NCBI GenBank assembly: GCA_965178125.1 | Contig: OZ237749.1 | Span: 434,001-498,000, forward strand | DNA from: Bilabrum cf. latius | Taxonomy: Eukaryota | Length of the DNA: 64,000 bases | Direction: 5' to 3' | Part shown: one piece after another, positions 1-14,100 of the stretch | How positions within the stretch are numbered: the first letter of the stretch is position 1 | Layout: each line of letters begins with the position of its first letter | Notes under the pieces: model-generated | The model's input: only the letters and a program-made list of their open reading frames with translations | What the model was told of the DNA's origin: nothing | The model's database searches: none | Position numbers and translations under genes: made by a program

Positions 1-3000
1 ACCTTCACCAGCCACGTGAGCCGAGCTGATCTGCCGCTTCCGCATTATCCTGGCGTGCTCCTCGTCGATCAGCTCGCATGCCTCGTCTACCATCGACTCG
101 GTGCGCCTGACTGCGTGCAGCGCTGTCAGCACTCCAAGCGTGGTGCAGATGACGGCAGCCATGACACCGAGGTAGGAAGGACTGACCACCATCGCAAATG
201 CGAGGCCCCACACAAGGCCCATGGCTAGGCCAGCCACGATGGAGATGAACGGAGTGTTGTCCTCGACCAGCTCATCGGCTTGGAGATCGTGCCTGTAGGC
301 AGGGAGCACGAACGGGCTGAACAGGAGCGGACCATCAGCCGCAAGCCCGCGACCCAGCGAGTCTTCCGGCGCGCGGAAAGGATCCGCACTGAACACGCCT
401 GCTCGCAGCAGGCTCATCACACCATACCCAATCAGAAGCACTGCAAGCAGCCACCAGCTGGCCGACAGGCACGCCACGATCACCGCCAAGGAGCCATCCC
501 TAACGTAGAGCACGGCACCGACGACGATTCCGGCGACGACAAACAGCATCACGACGCCTCCAAAGGCATAGTTCACGGCGGGAGGCAGGTAACCGTTGTG
601 CGCCAGAGCGTATACAATCGTGCAAGTCACAGCAAGCCCGAACAGGTAGGCGACCAGCACACCGGCGGTCACGGCGACGTTGTTGAAGACAGCGTTGGAT
701 GCCGCGATAAAGCCAATGATAACCAGCTGCGAGATCAGCAAGCACATGTACACGAACGTCGCAGATTGGGACTTTGACTTCTCCTTGGCCTCTTTGAGCT
801 CGTCGCGACGCACGGCCGACTTGGATCTCGTCAAGTCGCTCGGCCCGTCGCCGCCAGCGGCTGGCTGGTTGCTAGCTGCAGCGGGCTTGGGCCGTAGACA
901 AGCGAACATGTTGAAGAGAACTCCGGGCGCGGTCACACCTGGCAGTTGCCACTCCTCGTCTGACCACTTGTAGGCAGCAACAAGCGAAAGGATGAGCGCT
1001 GGGTACAGGAAGAAGGCGAAGAGAACAGCCAGCAGGTTCGTCCCGGCTCCTTCCACGTTGTCACTGTTCTGCTGGCCGTAATCAGCCATGATCGGGATGT
1101 GGCAAGCGGCGTGCAATGCACCGGCAATCACGAACAGGAGAATCTGCACGATGCGCAGCTCCAGCAGACCGAAGTACATGCGGACAGCCACAAAAACGGT
1201 GGCCGAAGCAAGGAGCATGCCGGCGGCATACCACGCCCAACGAATCGGCTTGAGACCAACAGCCACCACAGATGCAAACCCGACGAGAATACCGACTAGC
1301 AGAAGCGTTCCAACCAGCATCATGGTGTTCCTGAGCTAGTTTGCGCTCAGAGTACACGACTGCACGTCCTGCATGATCTTGCCGACAGAAGGCAGCTTCA
1401 GCTTCTTGGCTTCTCCATCCTCGTCGCCGAACTTTTTCTTCGTGTCCTCGTCTTCAGGCGTAGGCTTCTCGTCCCCCTCTTTGTCGCCAGAGTCTCCCCC
1501 GGCAGCACCGCCTCCAGATGCAGACGCCGCGGCAGCTCCTCCCCCGGCACCGCCAGCATCTTTGTCGGCCTCTTTGTCCTTCTCACCCGAGTCATCCTTC
1601 TTGGGTTCATCTTTCTGAGGTCCCTCTTGTTCATCGTCTTCGTCGCTGTCGCCATTCTTGGCCTTGCCATCCTCGTCGTCCTCGGTGACCTCGATTCGGC
1701 CGCACATCGTGTTGGCCGCACAGCAGCAGGGAAACCAGCCGTACCCGCCAGGAAGCACCACCGAGTAATCGTCCGACTGCAGCTGCCCGTACAGCGCAAG
1801 GAAGAGCACGTAGGCTGCGGGCAAGAAGCAGAGCGAGCCCAGGATGATGTACGAACGCGTGGCCGCAAAGAGCATGCCACCGAGACCGGCACACCCGACT
1901 ACGAACACCACCGCAGTTACCCTTGTTCCCAACGACACGATCCGTCCGCGGTCATGCCTCAGGAAGAAGTGCAAGAAGAACAGCCCAAAGCACGCCAGGA
2001 CGAGCACCAGCGCGCCCAGCCCGAAAGTCCACTGCGGGTGACTCGAGTCCAGGATCTTTACTCGGTCGCTGGGCAGGGCATCGATCTCGCCCTGGAGCCA
2101 GGCCAGAAGAGCCACAAGACCCGCGAATACCACCGTGAGCAGTGCAAGTAGGAAGAGCGGTGACGAGACAAGCTCAACCCAAGAGTTGCCGCAGAGACCA
2201 GCAGCTTTCGCCCTCTGAGTCGGTGGCTTGGGGGCGGCAGGTGCCGCGGCTGGTGCGGGGGCAGGGGCGGGGCCAGCCTTGCCAGCCTCTGCGTCACCTC
2301 CCGATGCACCCTTGGCAGGGGATCCGGGCAGGGCAGGAGCCACGCTGCTGCTGGCATGCGGGGTGCCAGACGCCGTGCTGGGACTCGAACGGGTGCCAGT
2401 ACTGCTCGCATCGTCCCCGCTGACTGCATCGGCAAGGTCGTGCAGCTGTGCGATGAGAGCAGAGAAGTACCTCGCCGCACTTTTGTACGCAAGGAACACG
2501 CCGTACGCGGCGTAGGCAAGGGCAACGCCCAGCAACCACAGCCGCGTCCCCGCCGCCAGGAGCAGGAACCTGCTTGCTGCCAGCACCAGCAGAACGGTGC
2601 CTGTTTCCAGGAAGAGACCGCCCTGAAACCCGAGAGCGGTGATGCCGTCGAGCACGAGAACGGCTCCCGCCGTTGTAATTCCGAGTCCCTTGCCGCTATC
2701 GCTGGCGTTGTCGGAAAGGACGAGAACGGTGACTGCCAGCCCGACGAGGACGAGGACAGAGAGTGAATACAGCACGATGGCCGTCAGGCGACGGCTGCCT
2801 GCCTGCGCCGCTGCCGCCCTTCGGTCGAACCAGACCGCAGCGGCGGGCGGACTGATCACGCGCACGTGGGCAGAAACCGCTTCCTTCAGGCTTCCCGATG
2901 CTTCATCGAGCGCCTGCCCCGCTTCAGCTGCGCCCAGGGCCGCCATGCTCGGTTCGTTGGCACCAGCCCCGGAAGCCGGTGGCTGACGCGAGCCACCGGA

Positions 3001-3888
3001 CGATGGTGACGAGTCGCCTGCACTGCTAGATCCGACCGCCTTGAGCTGTGCGGTTCCTACCACTCCAGAGGCCATCAAATCCATGTCGTAATGCCTCTCC
3101 GCAGAAGCCCACAGGTGCACGGCTCCCATTGCCAGCACCGCGTTGGCACCCAGAAAGGCCCAGGCGGTGGACAAAAAGGAAAAGTCGTAGCTCCTCACGA
3201 CGGTCGTATCCGTGCTTGCAGTTCCGTTGCTCGACGATCCCGTGGGCACCTCGGTGTAGTTTCCGTTGTACACGATGGCGAGTTCAAAGGCGACGATGAG
3301 GAGCAGGGCAGCAGAGGACGAGATGCCGATCGGGGACAGGACGGCGTCGACGATCCCAGGGGATCGACCAACGGCCAGCCGCCATCCACGCACGACCCAC
3401 TGTCCAATGCCGTACATGAGCAGAAAGAAGGCGGGCCCCAGCGTCAGCAGGCCTACGCCGATGAGAGCCGGCTGCACCTCCACGAGCAGCAAGATCGACC
3501 TGCGGGATCCGGGGAAAGTAAATGCAAGAGTGTTACACCAAAAATTAAAAATCCACAGGAATGCAGACTGCGCAGCCAATGTGGTGGATTAAGATCTTGC
3601 CATCGTTCCGCCGGTCACTCACCAAACAACTAGAAGGACCACCGCTGTCACAACGGCAAGATAGCCTAGCAATGACAGCCAAAATGAAGCCACAAAACTA
3701 GAAATGCAGCTTTGGAAGGCATGGTGCAGATAGGCCACGCGAAACTTTGCACTAAACACGATATACAAGGAAGCCGCCAGGAACACCGTGAAAGGTATTC
3801 CCAAGGAGATCCAGAGGCCAAAGAACTCGTCCCTCTACTTTGAATTGAAAGCAGTTTCAAACGAGTCCGCAGCAGATTGCTCTGACAT
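1..3888 (-). CDS. DEK1-like (transmembrane calpain-type) multi-pass membrane protein, N-terminal part; runs off the window start
   Basis: ATG 3888, in-frame TAG 3835, intron 3500-3622 (GT..AG), ORF 1336-3579, in-frame TAG 1336, then open to base 1. Many hydrophobic helices. Motifs PALILSLVAAYKWSDEEWQL and FSPFVLPAYRHD...GLVWGL resemble the plant DEK1 membrane domain (PAL..KWKDDxWxL; PxVLPVYVYD...GWGV). No catalytic calpain domain is visible in the window. Confidence 0.65.
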
Positions 3889-4704
3889 GGCCCTACGAGA
3901 CCAAAATAGTGAGTAATTCGCAAGGTAGCAGAATTGACCGTTTGGCTTATCGACAACTCGGATAAACTTTTGTCGTTCTTGCGGATCCAGCTTCCTATTC
4001 TGACCAGATGCTGCTCTTTCCGACCAATACTGCACGATTGAGATGGTTCCGAATTCTTGTTAGCGTGTGTTCCTGTGACAGCACGGGTCCACAATGGCAG
4101 TATTGCGCTGGTGCGGGCAGGTGGCGAGGCGTCGCGATCGTGCGGCTGCTACCGGTGGAGGCGATCTGGGCTGCGCAGCAAGATGCTGGGCAGATTGAAG
4201 GCTTCAGCAGCTACGGCAAACCGAAAAGACTTTGATCGTCGAGGCCCGCAGGACTAGCCCAGTTGTGGTGGCCCACCACCACTGGCACTGGTGGCCCCGA
4301 CTCGGGCAGCCTCAGGCTGAGGGGACAATGTGGTGATCATCAATGCCAGTGGTGCCTGTTCCATCGCACGCTAGACGTCTTGACTTTGTGTGCACGAGCT
4401 AGATGTAGAAGCATCACTAGCTCAAGGGTCCCGCGATCCGTGCAGTTCTGTAGTCTGTCGGCGCTGTTAGGCGCCGCGCGCTTGGACCATCTTGCGGAAC
4501 CAAGTAACCGGTGCAAGACCTTCTGTGGCATCTTTCGATATCTTGGCGGCCCAGCGAGTCCAACGAGCATCAAATTACGGCTGTGTATAGTTAATACCTT
4601 CTTATTCGGCTTAGCGGCCTTGCACGCGGACCTGAGTCTGCATCGCCATGTAGGCTCGCGACGGCATTTTTCCAGGGCAGGCAAGGCCTGATCACGACAA
4701 CCCC

Positions 4705-7700
4705 ATGGGCAGCGAGTTCGGGTTCAATTCAGCCCAAAGCATTGGAGAAGAATACGGACTTGTGCCGGTCAAGAAAGAGAGGTAGTGCTCAACGTGGTGT
4801 ATAGCCGCGGCTGCCATCGCAACTATAGTATTGATTGCGGTGGCCGTCACGCTTGGCGTGGTGCTGGCAGGCGGAAGCAATGATGATTCCACCAGCTAGC
4901 CATAGGATCCGGTGGCAGGATAGTCGCTTGATGCCGCTGTATTGGTGGATGCTGCCTGTGACACCCAAAGCACGAATGGAGCATTGGCGGGTCTGTTTTC
5001 GCACTACGCCCAGGTAGAGTTTGTGGCAGACAGCGACGTGTCCTGTGTACAAGCCGATAGCATATTAGATCAGCTGGAGCTTTCGTCGGGCATCGGCACT
5101 GAAGCCATACTCTTGGCCATTGAATCGCAGCCGGATTCCCGATTAGTTCGGCGTCGCGTGCTTCGGGATCGCAAGGTATAGCCCGCCACAGCCAGTGGTC
5201 GCAATGCGCGCAGGCTTTAGACATAGGTCGCATTCATTGTCAGAGCTACGTTTCTAGCTAGGAGCGAAGCCGAAGCAAATGGCGCTGCTCGACTCGTTGC
5301 TGATGCAATCAGTGATGGCAGCCTGCTGGACGGCCTGGAAGCTGCTCTCGAGGGCAGCGGCATCTAGTTTGACTATTCCACGGATGCGCAGCGCAGGCGA
5401 GTGCTCGTGGGCATTCTTACGAACGGAGACGGAGACACTACGAACGACGACCTCTCCTTACCGTCGAGCAGCGCAACCCCTTCAGTGTCCACTACAACTA
5501 CCCCAACTCCCGTCGCTCCCTCGGGCACCAGCACGGCATCGGCTCTGCCCAGCGAGAGCCCCACGACGAGCCCCACGCCATCCATCTCCAGCACGGCCTC
5601 ACCGACTGCGTCGGTCTCGAGCTCGCAGACCCCAACTCCTTCGGTGTCACCATCAGGGAGCCCCACACCCAGCACGACTGCTAGCCAGTCGCCCACACCC
5701 AGCCTCACGGCCAGCCCGAGCGTGTCTTCGACCCCGAGTACGAGCATGTCGGCGAGCCCATCCACTTCGCCGACCCCAAGCGTCTCGGCGACGCCGACTA
5801 TATCAAACACGCCAAGCATCACTCCAGTGAGTGCTGCCTCTTGCGTAGATGCACACGCTAAGATGCCGTTTACCCATCGAGAGAAGGCCTTGCTCAAGCC
5901 AGCATGCTGTTGCTGTGCCAGCCCACGAATGTTGCTGCCCCACAAGTCCATCCTTTGCACTCCCCTTTCGTGTTTCACCCCATGCAGACCCCGTCAATCA
6001 CTCCCAGTGGGACACCCACTCCGGTGAGTGCAGCCATGACACGATTATCAACGACCCCAACCGCTGCCCTCTCCACCAGCATGCGCCACGAATCGCTGCT
6101 CTACCATTTCGTTCCCGCAGTCTGCAACACCAACGCCAGTAAGTATGCCGTGCAGTATCCGTCGCACCCTGTTGTAGCTTTCCGATGAACGTTACGCAAC
6201 ACATCGCCAGCTGGAATTCTCCCACTGTAAATGTGTTGCATCTACCAAATGGCCCACAGGCACCTCTCGGCAACTTTACCATGTTCGTGAACAGCATGGT
6301 ATCCCGGAACTCTGCCACGTCAGCCAACGTCGTTGTCTACGAGCACGACACGCGGAGGCGCATCACCAACGGCACCGCCTCGAATTCGGAGGGAATCGAG
6401 GTCAACCTGCAGCACGGATCGGTGGCATACGAGGCTGTGGTGGAGGACGAGGCCTTCTATTCTCTCGAGCCAGTGATCTTCTTTCGGCCGTCCATTGAGG
6501 TCGACCTAGTGGTTCCAGCCCTGCCTGTGCTGAACGACAGCTCGATCACCTACGTGGCGCTGCAGTCGAACCAGCATCCCGTCGCTAGACTCAAGGCAGT
6601 CACGGGACCAGGCGAGAGCACGCTGGCCGCCTCGATCGTCAACAGCGTCAATTTCACGGAGAGCCAGACATGCGTGGTCCCGGGATCCTCCCCATGCGAG
6701 CTGACCGACACGAGCCTTGCCATCGGCACGGGCACCACATCATCGTACGGGTACTCTAGCCTCGTCTCGATCACCGACAAGAATGGCAGGTGTCAGGATG
6801 GCACGGCGCCGGATCCGACCCAGTGCATCGCCAGGATCACGGTGAGAGAGTGCATCGCTGCTTGCCACAGTGATACCTGTGTCGCGCTCTTGCGTGACAC
6901 TCTGCTTGCACTGCGGCTCGGGTGCAGAAAGGCTGTGTTCCGTCTCCACTCAATCATAATTCCTGATACGTGCAGCTACCCTAACATATTGATGCTTACA
7001 CTACGCAGGTCTACGGCACGAGCGCAGACGTGAAGGGCACGGTTGGGGGTGTGGGGACACCACAGATCGACGACGATCAGTGGCAGCTAGATAGGCAGAT
7101 CGATCGGCCCGGAGGTTTCGATTGGGAGCAGATCACCATGTCTGCAGGTGTGCGAGGCTTTCCTGCGCCCAGCCTGTTCGACTTTGTCGACTCGCCCGCG
7201 GTATCGATCGTGGATGCAGCCACGGGCGCAAGGACGGTCCTCCGCGCGAGGGACGCAGTCACGCAGGCTACTGTCGACTACGTCAATGAGACTGGGGCCA
7301 TCTGCAACGAGTGGCTTGCGGGGGCTGTGAACGTGTCGGACGGAAGCGTGATTGACTACCGCAATTCGACCGTGAACTCGAGCATCAACTGGGTTCTGGA
7401 GGAGTTCTTCATGACGAATTGGTACGAAGGATACGAGTGGTCCGACTAGCGCGCTATTGGTCGCAAGGACTTTGTGCCTTCCAACGTGTCTACGTATCCG
7501 TTCCTGTGCGGGCTGCCGCCATCGTTCTTGGCGGACAACCTGGAGACGATCGTTGGCGCGTACCATGACGATTATTACATCAACAGGATTGTCCGGCCCA
7601 CGTCAATGCTGTAGTGGATCGAGTATCACTTGACGAAGTCGAGCTTCGACGAGGAGAACCCCCCTTCCGCCTATTTCTACAACGTTGGTGACACGAGCAA

Positions 7701-7974
7701 GGTAGCTGCGCGGCGCTCTCTGGGTGGCACTACCATTGGCGGCAAGCACAATCACGAAGATCAGAGCGACTCCGTGAGCGATCGCCTTCAAATAGAGCGA
7801 TTGCTCGCGAACAGAGATCCACTCACCGGTAGGATGCTCATGGACATCCACGACATGCCGGACCACCTCACGGAGGAAGAGAGGGAGCATCCCGATGCCC
7901 AACGTGAGCACATGTTCTTGGGCAGGAACCCCACGCGGCCTTGGCTGCTCGAGTCAGGAGAGCTTCTCATTTGA
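4705..7974 (+). CDS. Type II membrane/surface protein with Ser/Thr/Pro mucin-like stalk, function unknown
   Basis: ATG 4705 and an N-terminal TM helix (CIAAAAIATIVLIAVAVTLGVVLAG). Several in-frame TAGs, including RRL* at 5218-5220. TPS-rich tract ~5460-5826. Predicted introns 5827-5987, 6024-6120, 6139-6259, ~6842-7008. Ends TGA 7974. Confidence 0.7.
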
Positions 7975-8165
7975 TTCGCGATCTTGCTAGCAGCCCTTGT
8001 TTTAATCTTGTCCTCTGCTACTACTGGCGCAAGCAGCTCTGCACCACACAGAGAGAGAACCTCGAGTCTTCTTCTTCATAATCAGTCCATCAAAAATGCC
8101 ACTTTCACAGCAGATTCTCGCCCGGGACTCGCTTGCAAATACTACGGCCAACAATTGTTCAAAGT

Positions 8166-11100
8166 ATGGATTCTGGTGCCGCGGAAAGATCGCAAGAGCT
8201 CGCTCAGCCTCAGCTAGTGCGAACAGCAACTGATGTGGAACGGGCGAGCCAAGCTGACCACTACTCAGTGCAAGATCCACGTTTTCGCTGGAATGAACAG
8301 CTGCAGTCAATCGTTTCATTGCCTTGCTCGACTCCAGAGGAATCACGGGTTCGGCGTGAAGCAATTGGCAGGCTTGGCAGGCGATTCGGACGAGAGATCA
8401 GACCTGTATGCGAACAAATAGTTGCCGAGATGGGGTTACCAGACCCAGAGAAGACCATAAAGCCTGCCAATGTTGGTGGTATTGCTGGGGGTGTCAAGTT
8501 TATTCACAACGGTGTCCTTCTTAAATTTGCAAGTGACGACGTAGGCATCTACGGGAACTCCAAGGAAGGGGCCGGAAAGGCTGCCAAACTTGAATTCAGG
8601 GCATTGCAGACTCTTCTCGGTCTGAGCGTCGACGGTCTTCATGTTCCATTGCAAAGTGTGGCCCAGGTGCAGGGCTACAGGATTATCGCGTGTGCCTTGC
8701 TGCCAATCTCTGCAAGCTCGCTCGTTTACGGGTCCGCCGACGGCGGCCACACAGTTCACTGCGACTCATCAAAGTTTGCAAAGGTCGCTGAATCCGTTGC
8801 CAAGCAGTTGTTTCTGGCGCAGCACCCTGTTCGAGGGGTCCCGATCTGGCTCGCAGCCGATATCGAGGGCCACAGAGGAACAGACGGGAGACTGTACCTG
8901 CTCGACGCCGCGAGACTGATGCCGGCAGAAGCGCCGCCAACCCAACTGCACGGTGCTATCATTCCAGCAGATGCTGCGGGCGAGGGGGGGCTTCCTGGTG
9001 CGTGGGTCCCAGTGTCGGTGCCGTACAGGGGCACGAGGCAGACTGCATTGATAGGTAGGGACATGCTGCTTGAGCATCTCAACACGAGAGTCTCTTCAGA
9101 AATGGAAGGTGTGATAGACGCGACTGCAGTTGCCGCCACTCAAGGCGGTTCCTCTGCAGTAGGTGCTGATCGTATCACAACCGCTGCACCGAGCCCAACC
9201 GCCGCTGCCACAGGCGGCGCTGCTGACGAGGCACCATCAGCACCAAACCCGGCGACCAGTGACTCTGACGATGCCCCCACATCTGATGTCGTGCATGCCG
9301 ATAGTTACACAGTTGTCGAATTGTCTGGAACTGGGGGTCATGTGCTCCCAGCCGATGGCTATACCGCGCTGGCAGCTGGAGGTGAAGCATCACCGGCCCC
9401 AGGCATTGCAACGCCAGCTGCCTCTGGTGCTGGTACTTCCGAAGTAAAAGCGCATGTTGCCACCGGATATGCGTCTATCGAGGAGCTGGACACTGGCCCT
9501 GACCCAGGAGTCGTGCCTGCTGTAGCCGCAGGCTATACACAGGTAGACACTGTGACGGAGGGGTGGGGCAGGTCTGCCGCATCTGCCGCTGCAGGGAGTG
9601 CTTCATCGACCGCCCCCCAAGCAGCAGTTTCCCCTTCTCCAGGTGTTTCAGACGAAGCGCAAGCGCCTGCTCTGCAGGCTACGCCGGCATTAATCGGCGT
9701 GATGCTGGTCAAGACGTCATGGCCTCGTGCGTGCGCCATTGTGATGCTGAACCAGAGCCATCCAGATGTCATTCGCATGGCTGAAAATCGGCTTGCCAGT
9801 GCCTTGTTACCCGACGGACGGACGGCCTTGAGGGGTCCTGTTCTGCTTCTATCCTGGAGGCACAAGGGAGAGCATCTCACCAGACTGCTGCGTCCAGAGC
9901 TGCTACAGCGCTTCAGGCAGCCAGTTAGCGCCGATTCGCATAGCGGATTTGGCAAGGAAGACAAAGTAAAGCACAATGCCGTCGCGCGCGAGGCGACGGA
10001 GTTTCTTGCCTCGGCTGCCATTCCTGATTTTGCCCGCTCTTTGGATTGTATATGGGGGGGAAAGGAACGTTCTAGCAAAGAGAAAGACAGTGCGACAGGC
10101 GCTGGGCAGGCACCCACATCACCACTGGCCGAACCTCAGCCTGGCTCGCAGTCCGGCGGAGACACCAGCGACAACATTGGGGCTGAATCCCTGGCGCGGA
10201 TGGAAGCGGCTGTGCGCGATCATGAACGTAAGCTCAAGTTCGGCGATAGGTCGCCAAGCAGCCGCGGGAGAGACGACTCGGAGCTGCGGCAGCTAGCCCT
10301 GACAGACCCTCGAGTTTGGTCCGCGGCGGAACATCCTTACTCACTTGATGGCACTGCCGCAATTAACCTTGAAAGCAGGTGCCACGCGGCTGGTGTGCCA
10401 TTCAGAGCTTTCGGTAGAGTCAGGAGCGAGCTGAAGAGCAAGACTGCGCGCGAAGTGGTGCTGGCAGCCGCAGTGGTCAGGGCACTTCGGAGGATCGTGC
10501 TGGCAGCCACCGATGAGCTGGAGCGGGACCAGGAGGGCGCATTGATGTCTGATGAATTGAAGTGGGCGGCGGCTTCTGATCTCTTGGGGGGTTCCGCTGC
10601 AGCTATTAGTCGTGAGGCTTCGGCCGCGCGGCCGCCTGCAGAAGTTGCGCTGCAGCTGCTCCTGAACGTGCTATCGGAGTGCATTCCGGACAGGGCCGCT
10701 GCGGCGGGATCGCATCGTCTTTCTAGCATCGTGTCGTTTATTTGCTACTCCTTCAGCAGTTTGCTGCGCATCGTGCTGCTCTCGAAGTTCGAGAAGATTC
10801 TGTCCGCTCAGGAGCTGGGAGATGGTGTGTGCCCTTGGAGGGACTGTCTCGGTGGTCAAGCCAAGCAGTGGGTCCTGCGCAGCCTGGTGGAGAAACTTGG
10901 CGCGAAATGCGAGTTGGTGTGTAAATTAAACGACGGGGGCACATCGCTTGGATTACCCGCTGACGGCGGGTCCGCCGCTCTCGTTCCTGCCAAGCAAATT
11001 GTGGTACGTAGTTTAAGTGCGATCGTGCACCACCTCGATCCAAGCTTGGACCGGCTGCATGTCGAATTCAAAGCGAATGAAGATGATTTAGGTGCCTCAG

Positions 11101-14100
11101 TTGCGACTAGAGGAATTACTGTGGACGTTGAGAGCGATAGTGTCGAAGAAGTTCCGGTTCGCAGCTCTGTCGAGGTGGAGACAAGTACCGCCATGACCGC
11201 AGCTTGGGCCTCTGTGTCAAGGCGCGGCCCCCTTGGGCTTCATGAGAGCGTGCAATGCATGCTGCGGGCCGGTCGTTTAGTTTCATCGCGCCATGGACTG
11301 TACAGCTCTGCTGCAGGGCGAGTGTCGCTGCAACTTGGACGTCTTCTCATGCAATACGATTAGTTCGCCGCGGGCGCGAGTGCGCTTCTACACGCGATCG
11401 CTGCGTTCCAGACAGCGACGGTTGCACACTACAACAGGGCATTGAGAGAGAGCCTTGGGGCGGTGGGCAACTCTCGGGACTAGCTAGTGAAGCGGTTGCT
11501 GGGCTTAGAGTACTAGGATGGCCAAGAAAAGTCTGAATGGATGATGCAGAGCGGCGAGGCATTGGCGCGCACAACAGCGACCGTGTCGTTCCTCGAGCGG
11601 TACTTTCTTCAACAGTCATGTGCCCACGTTGTTGGTGAGGTGGAGCTACCTCCTCTTCGTAGCTTCCAGTCATTGACAGACGCCATTCTAGGCTAGATCC
11701 CGAGGCCTTGCGCTATCGGAACGGAAATTGACCTGGGCTGGTCAAGGCTACTGCTCTCCAGCTGCCTGTCTAGGATTGGTCAGCCCATGCCAGCCCAAGA
11801 GCTTGTGTCCCAAGCATTGAGAAGTTTCGATAGATTTGGAGGCGTCGGTCCGTCGCTCGAAGCGTTCGGGTCTTGGAGTTGTGCCATCGCTGCGACCACA
11901 CTAGAGGCGGGGAGATCAGCGCCCGCTTCTTGCATTGTGGCAGCGTCCAAGTTGATGCAAATGCCGGAGCACTCCATGCTGAAGCAGCAATACATTAGTC
12001 TCAGTCGGGTGCTGGAGGGAACCAACGCGAGATTCTGGGATGGTAAGAGCTCGATCTCGACTGGATCCACGGCTGGTTTAGATGGCCTTCTTTCTACAGT
12101 TGGGCGGCACACGTTTCGGTCTGCAGTTTGCGTTATTGAGGCCATGCTTTCCACCTGTACCAGCTCTAACGTGCTAAGGTAGCATAATGTAGTGCGAAAG
12201 GATCAGAAGTTTGGCGGCAAAGGGTTACAACACGAGTCGGTCTCACATTTCCTGCGGGACATCGTGGCTGAGTTCATGCAGGCTATTGGTGTAGACAAGG
12301 CGCTCATCCCCGATGTTTAGTAGAGTCAGTCCGATGGTCGAGAGTTGGCACGGTGCGCTGAGGTTCCTGGGCCGATCCTAGCAACCACTTTGTCTGCCGT
12401 AATAAGCTCACATCTGTATGCGATGGGTGGCTCTATCGCAGCTGAAGGCGGCGAGGATCGAGGGTATGCTCATGCCGGCGGTCTGCTCCTGCGCTGCGCG
12501 AAGTATGTGTTTGGTCTGATCGGCTTAGAATGGCCGTGGAAAGGACGCGAGTCCAGTGATCAGAGTTTCCGTGCTACTGCATCTCCCGGCAAGCTGGTCT
12601 GGCAGGCCGGGGGCGCTAGCGCAGATGCACCCGATAGCTCTCAAGGCTTGCCTCTTCCAGGGTCGATCGTGCGCATTCCATCCAGCCGCATCACGTATCT
12701 GCGGGGCAAAACGCTGCAGGATTCCTTTGTTTTAGCGTGCGATGCCAGCCTTGCTTTGAGCCAGCCGGCGCTGGCTGCTGTGTTCGCCCAGCTTGCCGGA
12801 CAGACCTTGCTGAACGGCTGCAGGGCAGCCGACCACGCAGCTATGTACTTTCAAGATGCATCATATGCGCTACCCAAGCATAGAAGCGCGGCTGGTCCAT
12901 CGGGCAGCGCGCCTCTACCGAGCACAGCGGAGGGGGCATTTGAAGCTTCTGTCTCCAAAGCGCTGACAGATGCGGCGCATCTCCGTGGCACCAGTGCTGT
13001 GCTTCCAGCCATTCGGATTGGTCTCTTGCTGTTCTACACCGGCCATCTTGACTTGGCTGAGGATGTCTTTGCATTCCTGCTTTCATCAGGACCCCCTGTT
13101 CCGGCGGGTCAACGACCGCCAGGCCATGTTCTGTTTGCAAGGGATTACTCAGCTCGGTCAGCAAAGTACAGGGAAGTGATGTCCACGTATTCAGAGCTCG
13201 GTGTTGATCCTCGCTAGCTGCTACTGTGCCTGGAGGCATGTATGTCCATGGAGCCCGGCCGAGATGAAGCTGACGTGGAGGCGGCAATCGAGCTCTGCCT
13301 GGAAGGTGCGGGCCCTGCGTAGCTCATGCAAACTGCAACGATGAGGCGAGCCGGTCAGTTGCGCGCAATTTCCTCATTGGCTGACCAGTGCAAGCTAAGA
13401 CTAGACTTTAGCCGGCGGCTGCCAATTTGCTTGCAGTACGGTGCGGGCCAAGCATGGTCAGAGCTGAAGAATGTAATGTAGTCGGCGAAGCTGCAACAGC
13501 AAGAGAGTGCACGAAAGCTTGCGGCTGCTTCTGGAAGGAATACGACCTCCGGTGCCGGAAATCATGAGCTTAGCAACAAGTTTGTCGAAACTGCGACAAG
13601 CCAATCAAATTGCACTCGTTTGGCTGACAAGGGCAACTCGAGTGGCGACGCAGATGACAGCCAAAAGGCAACACCTGCAACAACAGACGATATTGATGAC
13701 TTGCTTGCGCTGGCACTGGACGACTTGGGGATTGAATCCGAGACGCCAGCAACCGGTGCAGCTACCGGTAGCAGCAACAAGACCGCCTCGCGAAAGACCC
13801 CGGACGGCTTCGAAGTGCTTCCAGGTTTGCAAGCCCTCGGCAGCCGGCCAGCATTCGTGAGCCCGTTGGGTAACCACGAGCACCAGATAGTGGACATGAC
13901 GGGATCGCACGGAGAAGAGGGGTGGGGACACGGCAGCACCGCTGTCCACTCGTGCTGCTAGTGGTTGTGCCCTTGGCAAGACAATCCAATCTAGATGACG
14001 GCACAGGTCAAGTGGAAGTTTGGCGGTCCCGATCCGATCGACTACGTGAACTGCTATCGGGTTCCTGCGGCGCGTGGAGCCGATGGGCAAGAATTTCCAG

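Noticed and set aside
4008-4691. Short ORFs between the DEK1-like and mucin genes (also 25700-26500)
   Set aside because: No homology cues or coherent composition; treated as intergenic.
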